From: Octopus sinensis
Lineage: Eukaryota
DNA length: 64,000 nucleotides
Assembly (NCBI RefSeq): GCF_006345805.1
Contig: NC_042997.1
Coordinates: 91,760,001 to 91,824,000 of the forward strand
Direction: 5' to 3'
Positions 52,480-64,000 of this stretch are shown in pieces (position 1 is the first letter of the stretch; the number at the start of each line of letters is the position of its first letter). Below the pieces are notes generated by a model, which worked only from the letters and a program-made list of their open reading frames with translations, was not told where the DNA came from and ran no database searches. Both the position numbers and the translations under genes were made by a program.

Positions 52480-54321
52480 ATATATACACACATACCTTTA
52501 AAAGCAAGGCACACTGGTAGAACATCGCTTTGTTAGCGACTGGCAAGAACTTAAATAAAACTTAAAGAAAAAATATATACGTGTACATATATGCCTATAT
52601 ACATAAGTGTCTACCTGTACGTGCATATGTATGTACGTGCACGCGAGTGAGTGCAAGGATTTGCTGTGCGGGAGTATACATGGAGATACAATGGAACATC
52701 TATTGAGATACTCAGATTTTCACTCGCACGAGCACTTGCACAGCTGCATACGCGAACATACCCACATACATAGAACTCAGTACACGCACACGTGCATATA
52801 TAAACACACACACACACACACACACACAAGATTGCGCGCGCATGAACGCATGTATGTATATTAGCAGGATACAGATAATAGTAAACAAATGTGAAGACAT
52901 CCTAACATTCTTATCAACTGCCATGTGTTTTGTTTCATGTCTGTGTCTGGAAATGCTATTATTGTCTCATAAGAAACTTTGCCTGCTTTCATGTATTTGT
53001 TTGTGTGTTATTTCAAACAATATCTGAATGCTCTGTTATATTCAGCATCTATTTGTAATTATTTTGTAACGACTTCGTACTTTTACAATCGCTTCCTAAA
53101 TACTGAAATGGAAAGGACGAGAGCAGGAAACACAGTTATGTAAGTAAACAATATTAAACGATGAAGAAGCTGTGTTTTGTGTGTGTGTGTGTGTGTGTGG
53201 TGTGTGTGTGTGTGTCTGTGTGTCTGTGTGTGTCTGTGTCTGTGTCTGTGTCTGTGTGTGCGTGTGTATGTACATATACACATATAAACGCAGATACACA
53301 CACACACAGAGAAAAGTATGTTGGCGGTTGAACTAGCTGTCAAGTATGAATGACTGCCTTTAACGCTCAAGTTAAAACTTTAGTACCTTCCTATCATGGG
53401 TACTCACTACGACAAAGACGCCAGTGAAGATGAAGACTTCACGTTAAACATCTTAGACTCTTCAACGAAGGACGCAAAGGTGTGGGCGACCAGAGAATTT
53501 CATGTGCTTCTCGCCTACACAACACCTTCCATGTCGCCGAACAAGAGAGGAAACTACTTAATAGCAACAAAATTTCGTTTTCACAAGAGCAGAATGTCCG
53601 ACTTCTGTAGATTTCAAGTGAGAGTAGTCTCCTTCTTGTGCATTTATATACTCGTGTAAATGTGTGTGTGTGTGTGCGCGCGCAGGAATATACACGCACT
53701 ATTTTATGGTTTGTTGACTAGAGTTAATTTACCTTGTATCAAGTCTTACTGAGAAATATTTACCCAAAATTATGAGATATCAAGTACGTTTCGTTGGAAT
53801 ATGTTAAACAGACCATTGTGGGGTTTATTGGGTCATTATGATAGATATTTGGGAACCACTCTATTAAAACATTGGTCATCCCAATTTATTATCCAAAGTA
53901 TTCTAATGTGAAATACTTTCTCCGCTTTTTCACAGATTCCTTAGCTCTGACCCTAATGAATACCTCCAGCTGTTTCTAGGTTTAATAAATTTTCTCGAGC
54001 CTTGGGCGCGATGTAAAATCATGACCAACGAGATTTATAAACTTGAGTTATAATGTAAAAAGATTTAGTATATCTTATCCTTAACATTAAACTTTTGCGC
54101 AACAGAAAATAGACCGTGTAGCCTTTGTAAGTTCGTTGTAATATTGTTGAGTCCTATAACCCAGAGGATTGTAGTAACACCACCCAATACTTGATTTCAA
54201 TGTAGTGTATTTAAAGCCAATTTACCTAACAAAACCCATGCTTGTCGAAGCTATACAATAAAATTGAATCCTGCAATTCAAACTAAGTAAGCTCTTATCA
54301 ATGTCTCCTTGTTGCTGCTTA

Positions 54322-55546
54322 CGAGGACCAGCTTTAAAGCTCATAGGCTGACCAAGATACTCTCATGGAAGGTGACCGAATGAGGTTTATTTTTTTAACA
54401 TAGTCCCCTTTGCGGTCCACACATTACTTCCATCGCTGTTGCAGTGCGTGAATCCCATTGGTGAAGTAGCTTTCATCCTGTTCGTCAAAAAAAAGTCGAC
54501 AGCAGATATGACGTCATCATCATACTGGTTTCCATCCAAGTGTTTTTTCATGTTGTGGAACAAATGATAATCAGATGGGGCTACATCAGGAGGATAAGGA
54601 GGGTAATCAACCAATTCAAAGCCACAGTCATGCTCAGCAGTCATTGACGCCAGGGGCTTGTGCATTAGAGCATATTCCTGATGAAACAAGACACCTTTCG
54701 TCATTTTTAATAGCCGTTTGGTCTTGATAGCCTTTTGTAATTGCCTCAGCAATTTAGCAAAATAATTTCTATTGATGGCGTAGCCCTTTTGAAGATAGTC
54801 AATAAACACAATGCCTTTTTCATCTCAAAACACCGAGGCCATCACCTTCCCTGCAAGTGAAATGACTCAGCATGGATTGTCTCTTTGTGTCTGGTTCAAA
54901 GTGGTGAACCCAATACTTATCCCGAGTGAGGAAACATTGAAGGAAACCAGCTGGATCTGCCTCAAATAATGTCAGATTTTTCCGTGATGTGATCAGCTTG
55001 ATGCGCTTTTGATCAAGTGTCACAAGAAGTGGAACCCACCGAGCAGAAATCTTTGTCGTGCCAAGTTCATTGTGCAGAATACTCTCAACTCTCTCAGAGG
55101 ATATGCTAATGGCATTGTTATTTGATTTATAGTCAATCACCTGTCATCCATCAACATGTGGTGAACACGATATTTTTCTCGGTGGTGGCAGTTGCAGGAC
55201 GTCCAGACGTTGGATCATCTTCAAGACTCACCCTTACCCTCCTAAATTAAGCTGCCCACTTTTGCGCTGTTGATAAAGCTGGTGCGTCACCCTCTAATGC
55301 AGCAATCATGTCAGCATTAATGTCCTTGGGGGTTAAACCCTTTTTCTGCAGGTTCTTGATAACACCAAGATGACAGATTTTGTTGATTTTCAAGAGAAGT
55401 CGCTACTAGTTACTTTGAAGGGTCAGATGTCAGCTTACCTGGAAAGAAACAATGCAATTATTAATAAAAAGAGTTGAAATGCAGGATTTCATAGCTCTGG
55501 CACCATATCTTCATTGTCTGCCAATAAACTTTTCAGCCCACCCTCG
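54322..55546 (-). mobile_element. Full-length mariner element, inactive (same family as 2300-3452)
   Basis: TA-CGAGG..CCTCG-TA termini with degenerate ~35-bp TIR; WVPLLVT, TRDKYWVHHFEP, YPPDVAPSDYHLF. Confidence 0.93.
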
Positions 55547-55549
55547 TAA

Positions 55550-56320
55550 AGTGGAGAGCTTTTCCTATCCAGGTTAGATTGACGCTTTAACGTTTCTCTT
55601 AAAGATGACGCCTGCAGGAAAAACATGAGTAGAAAGGAAGTTCCAGAGAACCGATGTTCTGTTAAAGAAGGACTGGGAAAAGCGGTTAGTGAGCATCCTT
55701 GGGATAGGGCGGATACTGTATTGATAATGAGAAGAAGGTAGAAGAGAGGTTCGGGAATAGCTGAGTATAGGTGGTACGATACCTACTTGATCCGAGGAAC
55801 AGAGGCCATTATTGTAGTGTTAGGAAAAACAGAGAGAGAAGAGTTACCTATAAGGCCGGAATGTGTTTGTGGAAGTAGCCTGACATCTTTGTGTGTAGCT
55901 CATGTTTACGGGAGTCCCTGAAATAAGTAGGGTTTGTGTGGAGAGAGAGGGTTGTGGTGGTGGATGTTGTTGAAAGAGACAAAATTGGCATAGCCCCTCT
56001 GGAGATGCTTTTGAAATGTCCGTTTATGGGGGTTAGTGCAGGTTTTATACAAGAAGTCAAGTTTGCATGTGTATGATGCGCGGTTGGGAAAAGATGGGAG
56101 GAATAAAGTTTCCTATCAACTAAGTAAAATTCGGAATTGTCGGTCATGACAGCAAGCGGGCTATTGATGCATAGAAGTGAAAAAGTGGAGGTAGAGGAAA
56201 CAGCCAACCAGAGTTGACTGAGTGAAGAATAAAAAGAGCTCCGCCAGCACATACCGTGGTAGTGCGACCTGAGATGAGAGAAGGTTTCCATAGAAAATTG
56301 TATGCCAAACACGGTCAAAA
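55550..56320 (-). mobile_element. CR1/Jockey-group LINE remnant
   Basis: TNRFSQSFFNRTSVLWNFL (SFFxR...WNxL 3' motif) near 55630-55690; upstream part weakly endonuclease-like. Confidence 0.55.
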
Positions 56321-56821
56321 TTTTAGCTTATAACTAGAGTAACGACACTGTTTTTTTTCTCCGATACACTAAAAAATAAAACACTTCTATGTCATTCTTC
56401 ACAATTATATCTACTTTTTTCAATAAATTGTTTTACAGCAAGTGCAAGACCTTTACTTCTGGCGTTACTATCATAAACAGAAATAAAAAATAGGCAACAT
56501 AACAAAAAGTAGCCATAATTATAAAAAGAAATAGAACAAAAGAAGTTAACACGAAGAATTAGCATCAACTGAATCATTTGAAAGATTTTAAAAGATTGCT
56601 ACATTTGGGAAGATAAACAAATTCAAATTCACAAATTTTTTAAAGAAATAACAGATTAATCTATATAAAGAAATCCTTGCCAATCAATAAAAATTCTGTT
56701 GGTTTCTTCAAAATAAAGCGTTCTCTGGCACAAAAGCGTTTATATCTGACGGCAACGGCATTTTAAAATAGAATCAGTCAGTATAATGTCTATATATAGT
56801 TAACAATTTAAGTATTTTAAG

Positions 56822-58585
56822 ATGCCGTCAAATGTTGCAATGGTAGAAATATGTTACAGCTGTAAAGAAAAATTTTGTTGTTCTTCATCATGTCCTTATG
56901 ATAAATTACCTGCATTACTGAGCTGCCAACATCTAATTTGTTACGGTTGCATCCAACGGATTTGGGTAAATCTTGATATTGACGACAACAATAAGCTCTT
57001 GTGTCCCGTATGTAATATTCTTACATTTCTATCACCGTCCACACATCATATTTCATTCTACTTCAACAAATTCTGTAGTAACTGCGCTATCAAAAACGGA
57101 CAGATTAGAAATAAACTTAGAGAGAAACGTACTGAACAAACATTGATCACAATCCGACCTGAAACAAGCATTGCATTTGGAGGCAGTTCAACTCCTCAGG
57201 AGAGAAATGGTTGTGATAGTGGAAGTAATCTTCGAATTGTACAAGTTGGCATTGGAGATATAAATATTTCTGGCAGACCTTCCCAAAATGTTGAATCAAA
57301 CTTGGCTAATCAGGAAACCAATAGTAAAGACAAACAAATCGTCACGAAAAGTCGAAACCAATCAAATTCTAAGAAATTATTTAAAAAACAGAAGAAAAAT
57401 AGCCAACAAAAGACTTCTCATTCCGGACATTCCCAAATGAAAAACGAGAGAAATTCTCAGAAAACCACACGGAATTCCATCCCGGACACAAAAGCAAAGA
57501 AACTAGTACCACCCCACCAAACAAGAACGAATTTGAATACTTCTATTGATGGAAAGATAGAGAAAAACTTAAACCAAGAGATCAAAGACTCAGCAAATAA
57601 AGAAATATTACCCTCTGTTTCTGAAAAGAGTTCAATGGGACCACACCATGAACAGGATTCAGAATATGGCCGGGCTTACTCAAGACTTTCCTCCTCCAGT
57701 AACTCCAGTGGCGAAACAGACATCAAGACTAACAACACTTCTAACTCACAATTAAATAAACTCGATTCCAAAACGGATTCCGCTATAGTAAAATCTTCGA
57801 CTCAAAAAGGTTGCCGAGTTAAGAATAATAGGACATCAAATAGAGAAAGTAATATTGTCAAAACAACGCAACATACGCAAAAGAAGGATTCGCGAAATAC
57901 CTTATTACCTAGAGAGGGTCTTCAAATTCCCGTCTCATTAAATGTCGACGATCTTGTTGAAACACGAACAAGCACTTCAACACAAAGCTTACCTAACATG
58001 TCATTGTTGAGTTGTTGTAAATACGACGTTGAAGGGAAATCCAAATCCAATACCACAAATGTAACGAGCAGTAATTTGGGACAAAACGGGAATGGTGGAG
58101 TGAGAAGAAATGGTGGAAGTTTAAGTGATGACGCTAGCAATGTAAATCAAAGAAAAGTTCGGAGCAGTGGTCGAAACAGGAAACCCGGCAGTAAAATGCA
58201 TTGGAAAATGAAACCTATCGAAGATGATTCTGACACTGAGTGCATTCCACCATTACGTAAAAGGGGTTTCCTCTATCGAAGAGAATGTTTTAAAATCCTA
58301 GATTGTATATATAACAATGAAAAGAGCGAACTGTTTCGACACGAGATTAAGTCGAAATACGTCAGTGATTATTACAAAGTTGTCAAGAGAGGAATGTGTT
58401 TAGATATCATTGCTTACAAGATACGTAACAATATTTATACCCACGTAAAAGAATTTTCTACCGATATGTATCGGATATTTGACAATTGTCGACTGTACAA
58501 TCAATATGGATCTGAAGCCTATGAGGCTGCTAACATCGTACAAAATTTGTTCAATCAGAAGATGATAGAATGCTTTTCAAATTAA
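56822..58585 (+). CDS. Intronless RING-finger / bromodomain protein (587 aa), putative chromatin-reading E3 ligase
   Basis: Uninterrupted 1764-bp ATG..TAA ORF; N-terminal C3HC4-type pattern CYSC..LSCQHLICYGC..CPVC; long S/N/K/T-rich linker; bromodomain ELFRHE..DYYKVVKRGMCL..IFDNCRLYN..SEAYEAA at ~58280-58570. Confidence 0.88.
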   Translation: MPSNVAMVEICYSCKEKFCCSSSCPYDKLPALLSCQHLICYGCIQRIWVNLDIDDNNKLLCPVCNILTFLSPSTHHISFYFNKFCSNCAIKNGQIRNKLREKRTEQTLITIRPETSIAFGGSSTPQERNGCDSGSNLRIVQVGIGDINISGRPSQNVESNLANQETNSKDKQIVTKSRNQSNSKKLFKKQKKNSQQKTSHSGHSQMKNERNSQKTTRNSIPDTKAKKLVPPHQTRTNLNTSIDGKIEKNLNQEIKDSANKEILPSVSEKSSMGPHHEQDSEYGRAYSRLSSSSNSSGETDIKTNNTSNSQLNKLDSKTDSAIVKSSTQKGCRVKNNRTSNRESNIVKTTQHTQKKDSRNTLLPREGLQIPVSLNVDDLVETRTSTSTQSLPNMSLLSCCKYDVEGKSKSNTTNVTSSNLGQNGNGGVRRNGGSLSDDASNVNQRKVRSSGRNRKPGSKMHWKMKPIEDDSDTECIPPLRKRGFLYRRECFKILDCIYNNEKSELFRHEIKSKYVSDYYKVVKRGMCLDIIAYKIRNNIYTHVKEFSTDMYRIFDNCRLYNQYGSEAYEAANIVQNLFNQKMIECFSN

Positions 58586-58656
58586 CATGCTATGATCAAC
58601 ATAATCTAATAACTTAAGCGAAATGTAACACAAAGCTACTCATATCTAACATATAG

Positions 58657-58707
<51 letters not shown>

Positions 58708-58745
58708 CATACATACATACATACATACATACATACATACATACA

Positions 58746-58776
<31 letters not shown>

Positions 58777-58779
58777 GGT

Positions 58780-59052
58780 TGGGGTATTCTACTCACGATT
58801 GTGAGTTCGATTCCTGGCAGCGTGTTGTGTTCTTGTGCAAAACATTTCTCGCTGGCAAAAATGGACTATACCTGTAATTCCAACGACCAGCCTTGTCACA
58901 TTCTCAGTGATACTGAATGTCCCTGAGAACTATGCTCAGGGTACGCGTGTTTGTGGACTGTTCAGCCACTTGGACATAAATTTCCCGAGCGGGCTGTTCC
59001 GTTGATCGGATTATCGGATCAACTGGAACACTCGTCGCTTTAACCGACAGTG
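58780..59052 (+). mobile_element. tRNA-derived SINE (fourth family)
   Basis: B-box GAGTTCGATTCC at ~58803; a related reverse fragment near 24190-24320. Confidence 0.6.
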
Positions 59053-59359
59053 TCAATTATGTAGCAGTTGAGTATTCAGGTCAATTTTATCGATTATACT
59101 TGCTTCCCAAAAAATGTGTACGTAGCTTTCTACCTGTGTTAAAAATATTTATGTTGGGCCGAAAGAGCGGTTGAATAACAAAGACAGTAGAGTGTATAAA
59201 ATAATTATTGGGATATTTACTTTTATTTTCCTTCTTTATTCCGAGTGTCACACTTATTGTGGCTGAGATATCACTACAACGTGACTCGAACTGACCGATG
59301 GAGGTTAATTTCTCGCCATATTAAAGACGCCATTATGCCTTTCCTTCGCTTTACTTCCG

Positions 59360-59411
59360 AATGTCTGAAGAAATGGTCGTGTCTTCACGACCACGAAAAT
59401 TTCGCAACATT
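59360..59411 (+). ncRNA. Hammerhead-like motif with mutated cleavage triplet
   Basis: Stem I AATGT/ACATT; CTGAAGA 59365-59371; 8-bp stem II TGGTCGTG/CACGACCA; GAAA; GCA instead of NUH. Confidence 0.55.
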
Positions 59412-59433
59412 AGTTAAGTAAACCCTGTAACTC

Positions 59434-59464
<31 letters not shown>

Positions 59465-59499
59465 GTATGATTATGTATGTGTATATATCTGTCTATCTA

Positions 59500-59574
<75 letters not shown>

Positions 59575-59584
59575 CAATAAATAA

Positions 59585-59659
<75 letters not shown>

Positions 59660-59679
59660 TATATATATATATGCATATA

Positions 59680-59815
59680 TAAGGAGAGAATCACAAAAAA
59701 ACAAAAGACGAGGACAGGTGGTGTAGACAACAAACAGATGTATTTCCACAGGAAGGAACACAGAAACAAGGAGAGAAAATAAAGAATGTGTAGTGGCTAG
59801 CGATCTGTCATGGCG
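59680..59815 (-). repeat. Third copy of the 49005-49180 family, lacking most of the HHR
   Basis: AAAACAAAAGACGA..ACAAACAGATGTATT joined directly to TCCACAG..GTAGTGGCTA. Confidence 0.75.
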
Positions 59816-60331
59816 AATGTATGTATACATATATACACATACACACACGCATATTTTTATGCATGTGTCTATGCTTGTATGCATGTGTCTATGCATGTAT
59901 GCAAGCGAGTGTGCGAGCGTGTGCGCTCGCGAGCGTGTTCGTGTGTGTATGCGCACGCGTGCGTAATTAAATTTATAACTATACATTCCGAAAATGCAAA
60001 AGACTTATTGTACTACCTTAGCTTTATCGCAAGGGCATACTGGGCAGGTGCCTATGGTCCTGAAATTAAAATTAAAAATTGAAAATCAAGATCCCTATTG
60101 TTGCTGTTATTGCCTTTTTCTATTTTACATTTTTTTTTTATTGCCCATTCACAGTATTTTCTATCCTGGTAAAAACCTTTTACTATTTATACTCTTGACT
60201 TCTGCTCAATATTTTTCATTCAGATGACGACCAGATACATAAATATAGAAAGATTTGTCGCATGCATGTAGAATGCTTTTCATGACTCTTTCATCCACAG
60301 ATATAAGCACTTGCAAATACACCCGCTCACA

Positions 60332-60379
<48 letters not shown>

Positions 60380-60599
60380 TCAAACAGACACACACACACA
60401 AACACACACACGCAAACACACATTCATACACAGACTCACACATGCACACATACACACACACAAACGCACACCCATTCACACTCTCTCTCTCAAACACACA
60501 AACGCACGCACACACACAACACACACACACACACTCTCTCTCTCTCTCTCTCTCTCTCGCACACACACTCACACAAACTAAAATCAACAATCTAGCACC

Positions 60600-61330
60600 C
60601 GTGAGCGAAAATGTATCACTCATCTATCGGAACCGTTTCGCATCGCACGCTCTGTCCGTCAGAAATTCTCGCGGTCTGCTCGCCCTCAAGCCACTGATGC
60701 AGAAGTTGGAACAGTCGACATCTCAGGGAGACTCCTGGCGTTTACAAAAAATACCTAGCCAGTCTGTTCCGGAGGATTTCCGGTTGAGGACTATCATGGA
60801 TAATTTCCAGATGTCCTTGCCCTGACAGTATTGCCGGTGGGGGTGGGTCTACCGGTTCAAAATAAACTCTACAGACACGGATGTGCTATCAAAATAAACT
60901 CTACAGACACAGATGTCTGAAGTGAGCGCAGAGCAACGAAACCGTTCTACTTGCACTCGTTCAATGTCCGGACATAGCTGACTTATGGGGTTATGCCGAA
61001 CAACTACTATCGCGTGTGGAACGGATCAGTCTGTTGGCCGAGACTATAGTTATGGTTTCCCACCTCTCTCTTTTAATTGAGCAGGAAAAGCAGGTTTCCT
61101 TTGCCTGGTGGCTGTGACAAAAGAGGTTCTCTGGTGGGCGATGGAGGACAGAGACATTCCTCTTTGGTAAAACTCTCATCGACTTGAAAAGGAAAGGAAG
61201 GGTGGAGAGGGAGGTGCTGTGCTCGAGTGAATTTATTAAAAGACGAGTGAAAGCTGCGAAAATGGCAAGAGTGGATGATACCGCTCTAAGTTTAGACCTG
61301 TGAGGCAGAGAAAAGTAATTGGAGAGCGCA
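60600..61330 (+). mobile_element. L1/Tx1-like ORF2 C-terminal remnant (zf-RVT)
   Basis: ETVLLALVQCPDIADLWGY motif; stops and frameshifts; internal 22-bp duplication TCAAAATAAACTCTACAGACAC. Confidence 0.6.
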
Positions 61331-61567
61331 CTTTCCCTTAGTGTTCAGGGAGATCTTGGACGGTGGGGCTCCTCGATTGTCCCTAGAGGTCCTCCTGTAT
61401 CACGAAGACCACATTACTATCATCCTTTTTTCTTTCTTTTCTTTTACTGTTGTTTATTATGTATATTTCCCTTCGTTTTATTGTATACCGTGTAGACTTT
61501 TAATCATTTCATTATATCCCCATAATTTATGTCTGATCCTTTACCCTGCTGACAAATAAAAGAAATT

Positions 61568-61613
<46 letters not shown>

Positions 61614-61616
61614 CAT

Positions 61617-61666
<50 letters not shown>

Positions 61667-62061
61667 TATTATCTTTCAATTTTGTTTCTATTGTTGAATG
61701 TCTTCTCGACACATAGGGCAAAGAAACAAACTCACCGTACACATTGGTAGGCTATTAAAATAAAGACACTAGATTGTACATTTACAAACTCATGTGACAG
61801 AGAAAAAAGAGGAAGACAGAGAGAAAAAAGAAAGAAAAGAAAACAAAGGAAATAAAGAGAAAAAAAAAAGAAAGAAAATTCACACCGACAATTCTCTTCA
61901 CAATACGTGTGACGTACCAGTTAAGACAAGCTTTTGCACTTCCTACATGGATGTTAAGCCAGAGATCATCCTCAAACAATTTTATTTCGTTTTTTTTTTT
62001 ATCATTCCAAGTTCTCCTACAATCACTGGTATTGTAATCGTCTTGAGATGCCAATTATTAT

Positions 62062-62285
62062 TAAGGCAGCAGCGAGCTGGCAGAATCGGTAGCACGCCAA
62101 GCAAAATGCTCAGCGGCATTTCGTCCGTCTTTACGTTCTGAGTTCAAATTCCGCCGAGGTCGCCTTTAGCTTTCATCCTTTCAGGGTCGATAGATTAAGT
62201 ACCAGTTGACTACTGAAGTCGATGTGATCGACTTAACCCATCTCCCAAAATTGCAGGCCTTGTGCCTATAGTAGAAAGGATTATT
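62062..62285 (+). mobile_element. SINE family B, near full length
   Basis: Head, B-box GAGTTCAAATTCC, core, (TTA)n tail. Confidence 0.88.
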
Positions 62286-62878
62286 GTTATTAACAACAAT
62301 ACAGATTCGCGAAAATGAAGCGACTGGCAAATATATGACCAGCAGTTTGCGATGAAATTCTGTATATGTAAATCTAATATTTACAATTGGTTTCATATGT
62401 AAATCTTACTGTTATTGATAACAAACTAGCTACTAATTTCCTGGAATTCTACAGTTACAGTTTGATATATATGTTTCATTGATTTGTAGTATTAAAAAGA
62501 AATGAAATTGAGCTTCATGCGTACTACTGTGTATATTTGATAAGTAATATTGGTTGACTTGTTGGTAAGTTGTAATAAGTAGATAATTTTTGAATGTATT
62601 GAAATGAATGGACAAGCGATAGTAAAATCTTTATTAAGATTACTACGGATCAAACACAGAAATGAGGACAGCACGGAACAATTACATAGAATGAATGAGT
62701 TCGTGTTTATAAAAACTTTTTGCGATTATTATTATATACAAAGTATAAATAATTTACAAATAAATAAAATTTATGACGACTTAAAACTTAACCTTTTTTT
62801 TTTAAAGACGCAAGCAAATTGATTTTTTGACCCGGCAGCCTATAAGGTCTGGCAGATTACTTTTTATTTCCTCGATGA

Positions 62879-63110
62879 TCAGTTTGGGTAACTTACACCC
62901 ACCTTTTTCACCACTTCCTTCCATCTTTGTTCATATACTCTAGTTGACAGGGTCCTCTTTTCCAGCCCTATCTTGCTCTTCAGATGGTATCTGAAGTAAA
63001 GAAGCAATCCAGGGCCGGATATATATAGGACCCTGTCACAAAACCTTCCATTCTTGTCCTCCATATACACTCTTTCAACACTGCTACCGTACAGAAAAAA
63101 CAAGCCTCAC
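62879..63110 (-). mobile_element. L1/Tx1-like ORF2 extreme C-terminus remnant
   Basis: LLYFRYHLKSKIGLEKRTLS..EQRWKEV resembles the translated 61160-61270 segment. Confidence 0.4.
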
Positions 63111-63429
63111 CTTCTTCAGAGAGTCCAGTTGGTGGTATCATCTTTATCATAGATCCAGCTGACAGCTATACTCGTCCCAGATGCGACAAGACGTGTTCTA
63201 CGTAAGATATCAAGCTGGAAAGCTGCCGACAATGTACAAAAGCGCACGAAAGATAGTGCATATTTATTACAGATTTTATTCAATTGTTACGTAATTACGC
63301 TACTGCAACAAATTGGAAAACAACGCAAAAATTTGTATTATGGATGACAGTTAGTTTACATCGAAAGTCTCTTGTTCAGTTCTAAATATGTGACAGAAGA
63401 AAGGTAAAGGGTTTCAAGGCTCACGCGAA

Positions 63430-63461
<32 letters not shown>

Positions 63462-64000
63462 AAACTAATTCTCGGTGAGGTTGCTTTGTAGTTGGCAGAA
63501 AGGAAACTGTTTGTTAGTTATAGAATTGGAAAATGTATTGTCTTCCTGACCTTTATAAAGACCGACAAGGGTGGAAAACCGAATTCTAATGACTAATGAT
63601 GGAAATTTACATAATGTAATCAAGCTTGAACTGGACATTACCACACTATCAATTATTCCAAAACTGTGATCCCTACCATGTTTTCAGAGCAGAAGGGAAA
63701 CTTGAATCAGCTATTTTTTTTTTTAAGGCCAGCAGTAATGTAACATAAAGGAGATATGGATTCAAGAGATTGCAATGATATTTGGTCTTTGCATTGACGT
63801 TCATAATTGAGGAACTCAGACCTTCTGTGGAAGGCTAAGATAGGTTATCTTTTACAAAATTACTTTCTGATACCAGAGGTAAATCAAAGGGGCTCATAAT
63901 TGCTAAGTTCTACTTCGAAGGCAGGTTATTAACTTGAGATTAGATTATAGCTGCAGCAACAGCTTGAAAAACCTGCAAAGCAAATTACATAGAATCAACA

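Noticed and set aside
3542-60623. Many short ORFs rich in MYVC, HTYI, YIYI, CVCV or poly-K/F
   Set aside because: Translations of (TATG)n, (TA)n, (CA)n and (CTT)n microsatellites with no coding evidence

Overview
AT-rich, microsatellite-dense metazoan DNA. The SINE families and (TA)n/(TATG)n/(CA)n content suggest an octopus or other cephalopod (inference). One convincing protein-coding gene is present: an intronless 587-aa RING-finger plus C-terminal bromodomain ORF (56822-58585). The rest is transposon debris: two copies of one mariner family, a full-length dead Tc1 (DD34E), mariner and hAT MITEs, remnants of CRE, RTE, L1/Tx1, CR1-like and other RLE-type retrotransposons, a Penelope-like (PLE) endonuclease tail, and many tRNA-derived SINEs. 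The most striking hidden layer is about a dozen minimal type-I hammerhead ribozyme (HHR) motifs on both strands. They include a retrozyme-like array of four HHR-bearing ~250-bp direct repeats around a captured SINE segment (36131-38098), a tRNA-headed SINE-like element ending in an HHR (20508-20800), and a dispersed family with variant cores inserted in (TA)n. Almost all short ORFs in the track are microsatellite translations. Boundaries of degenerate elements are approximate and were read by eye.
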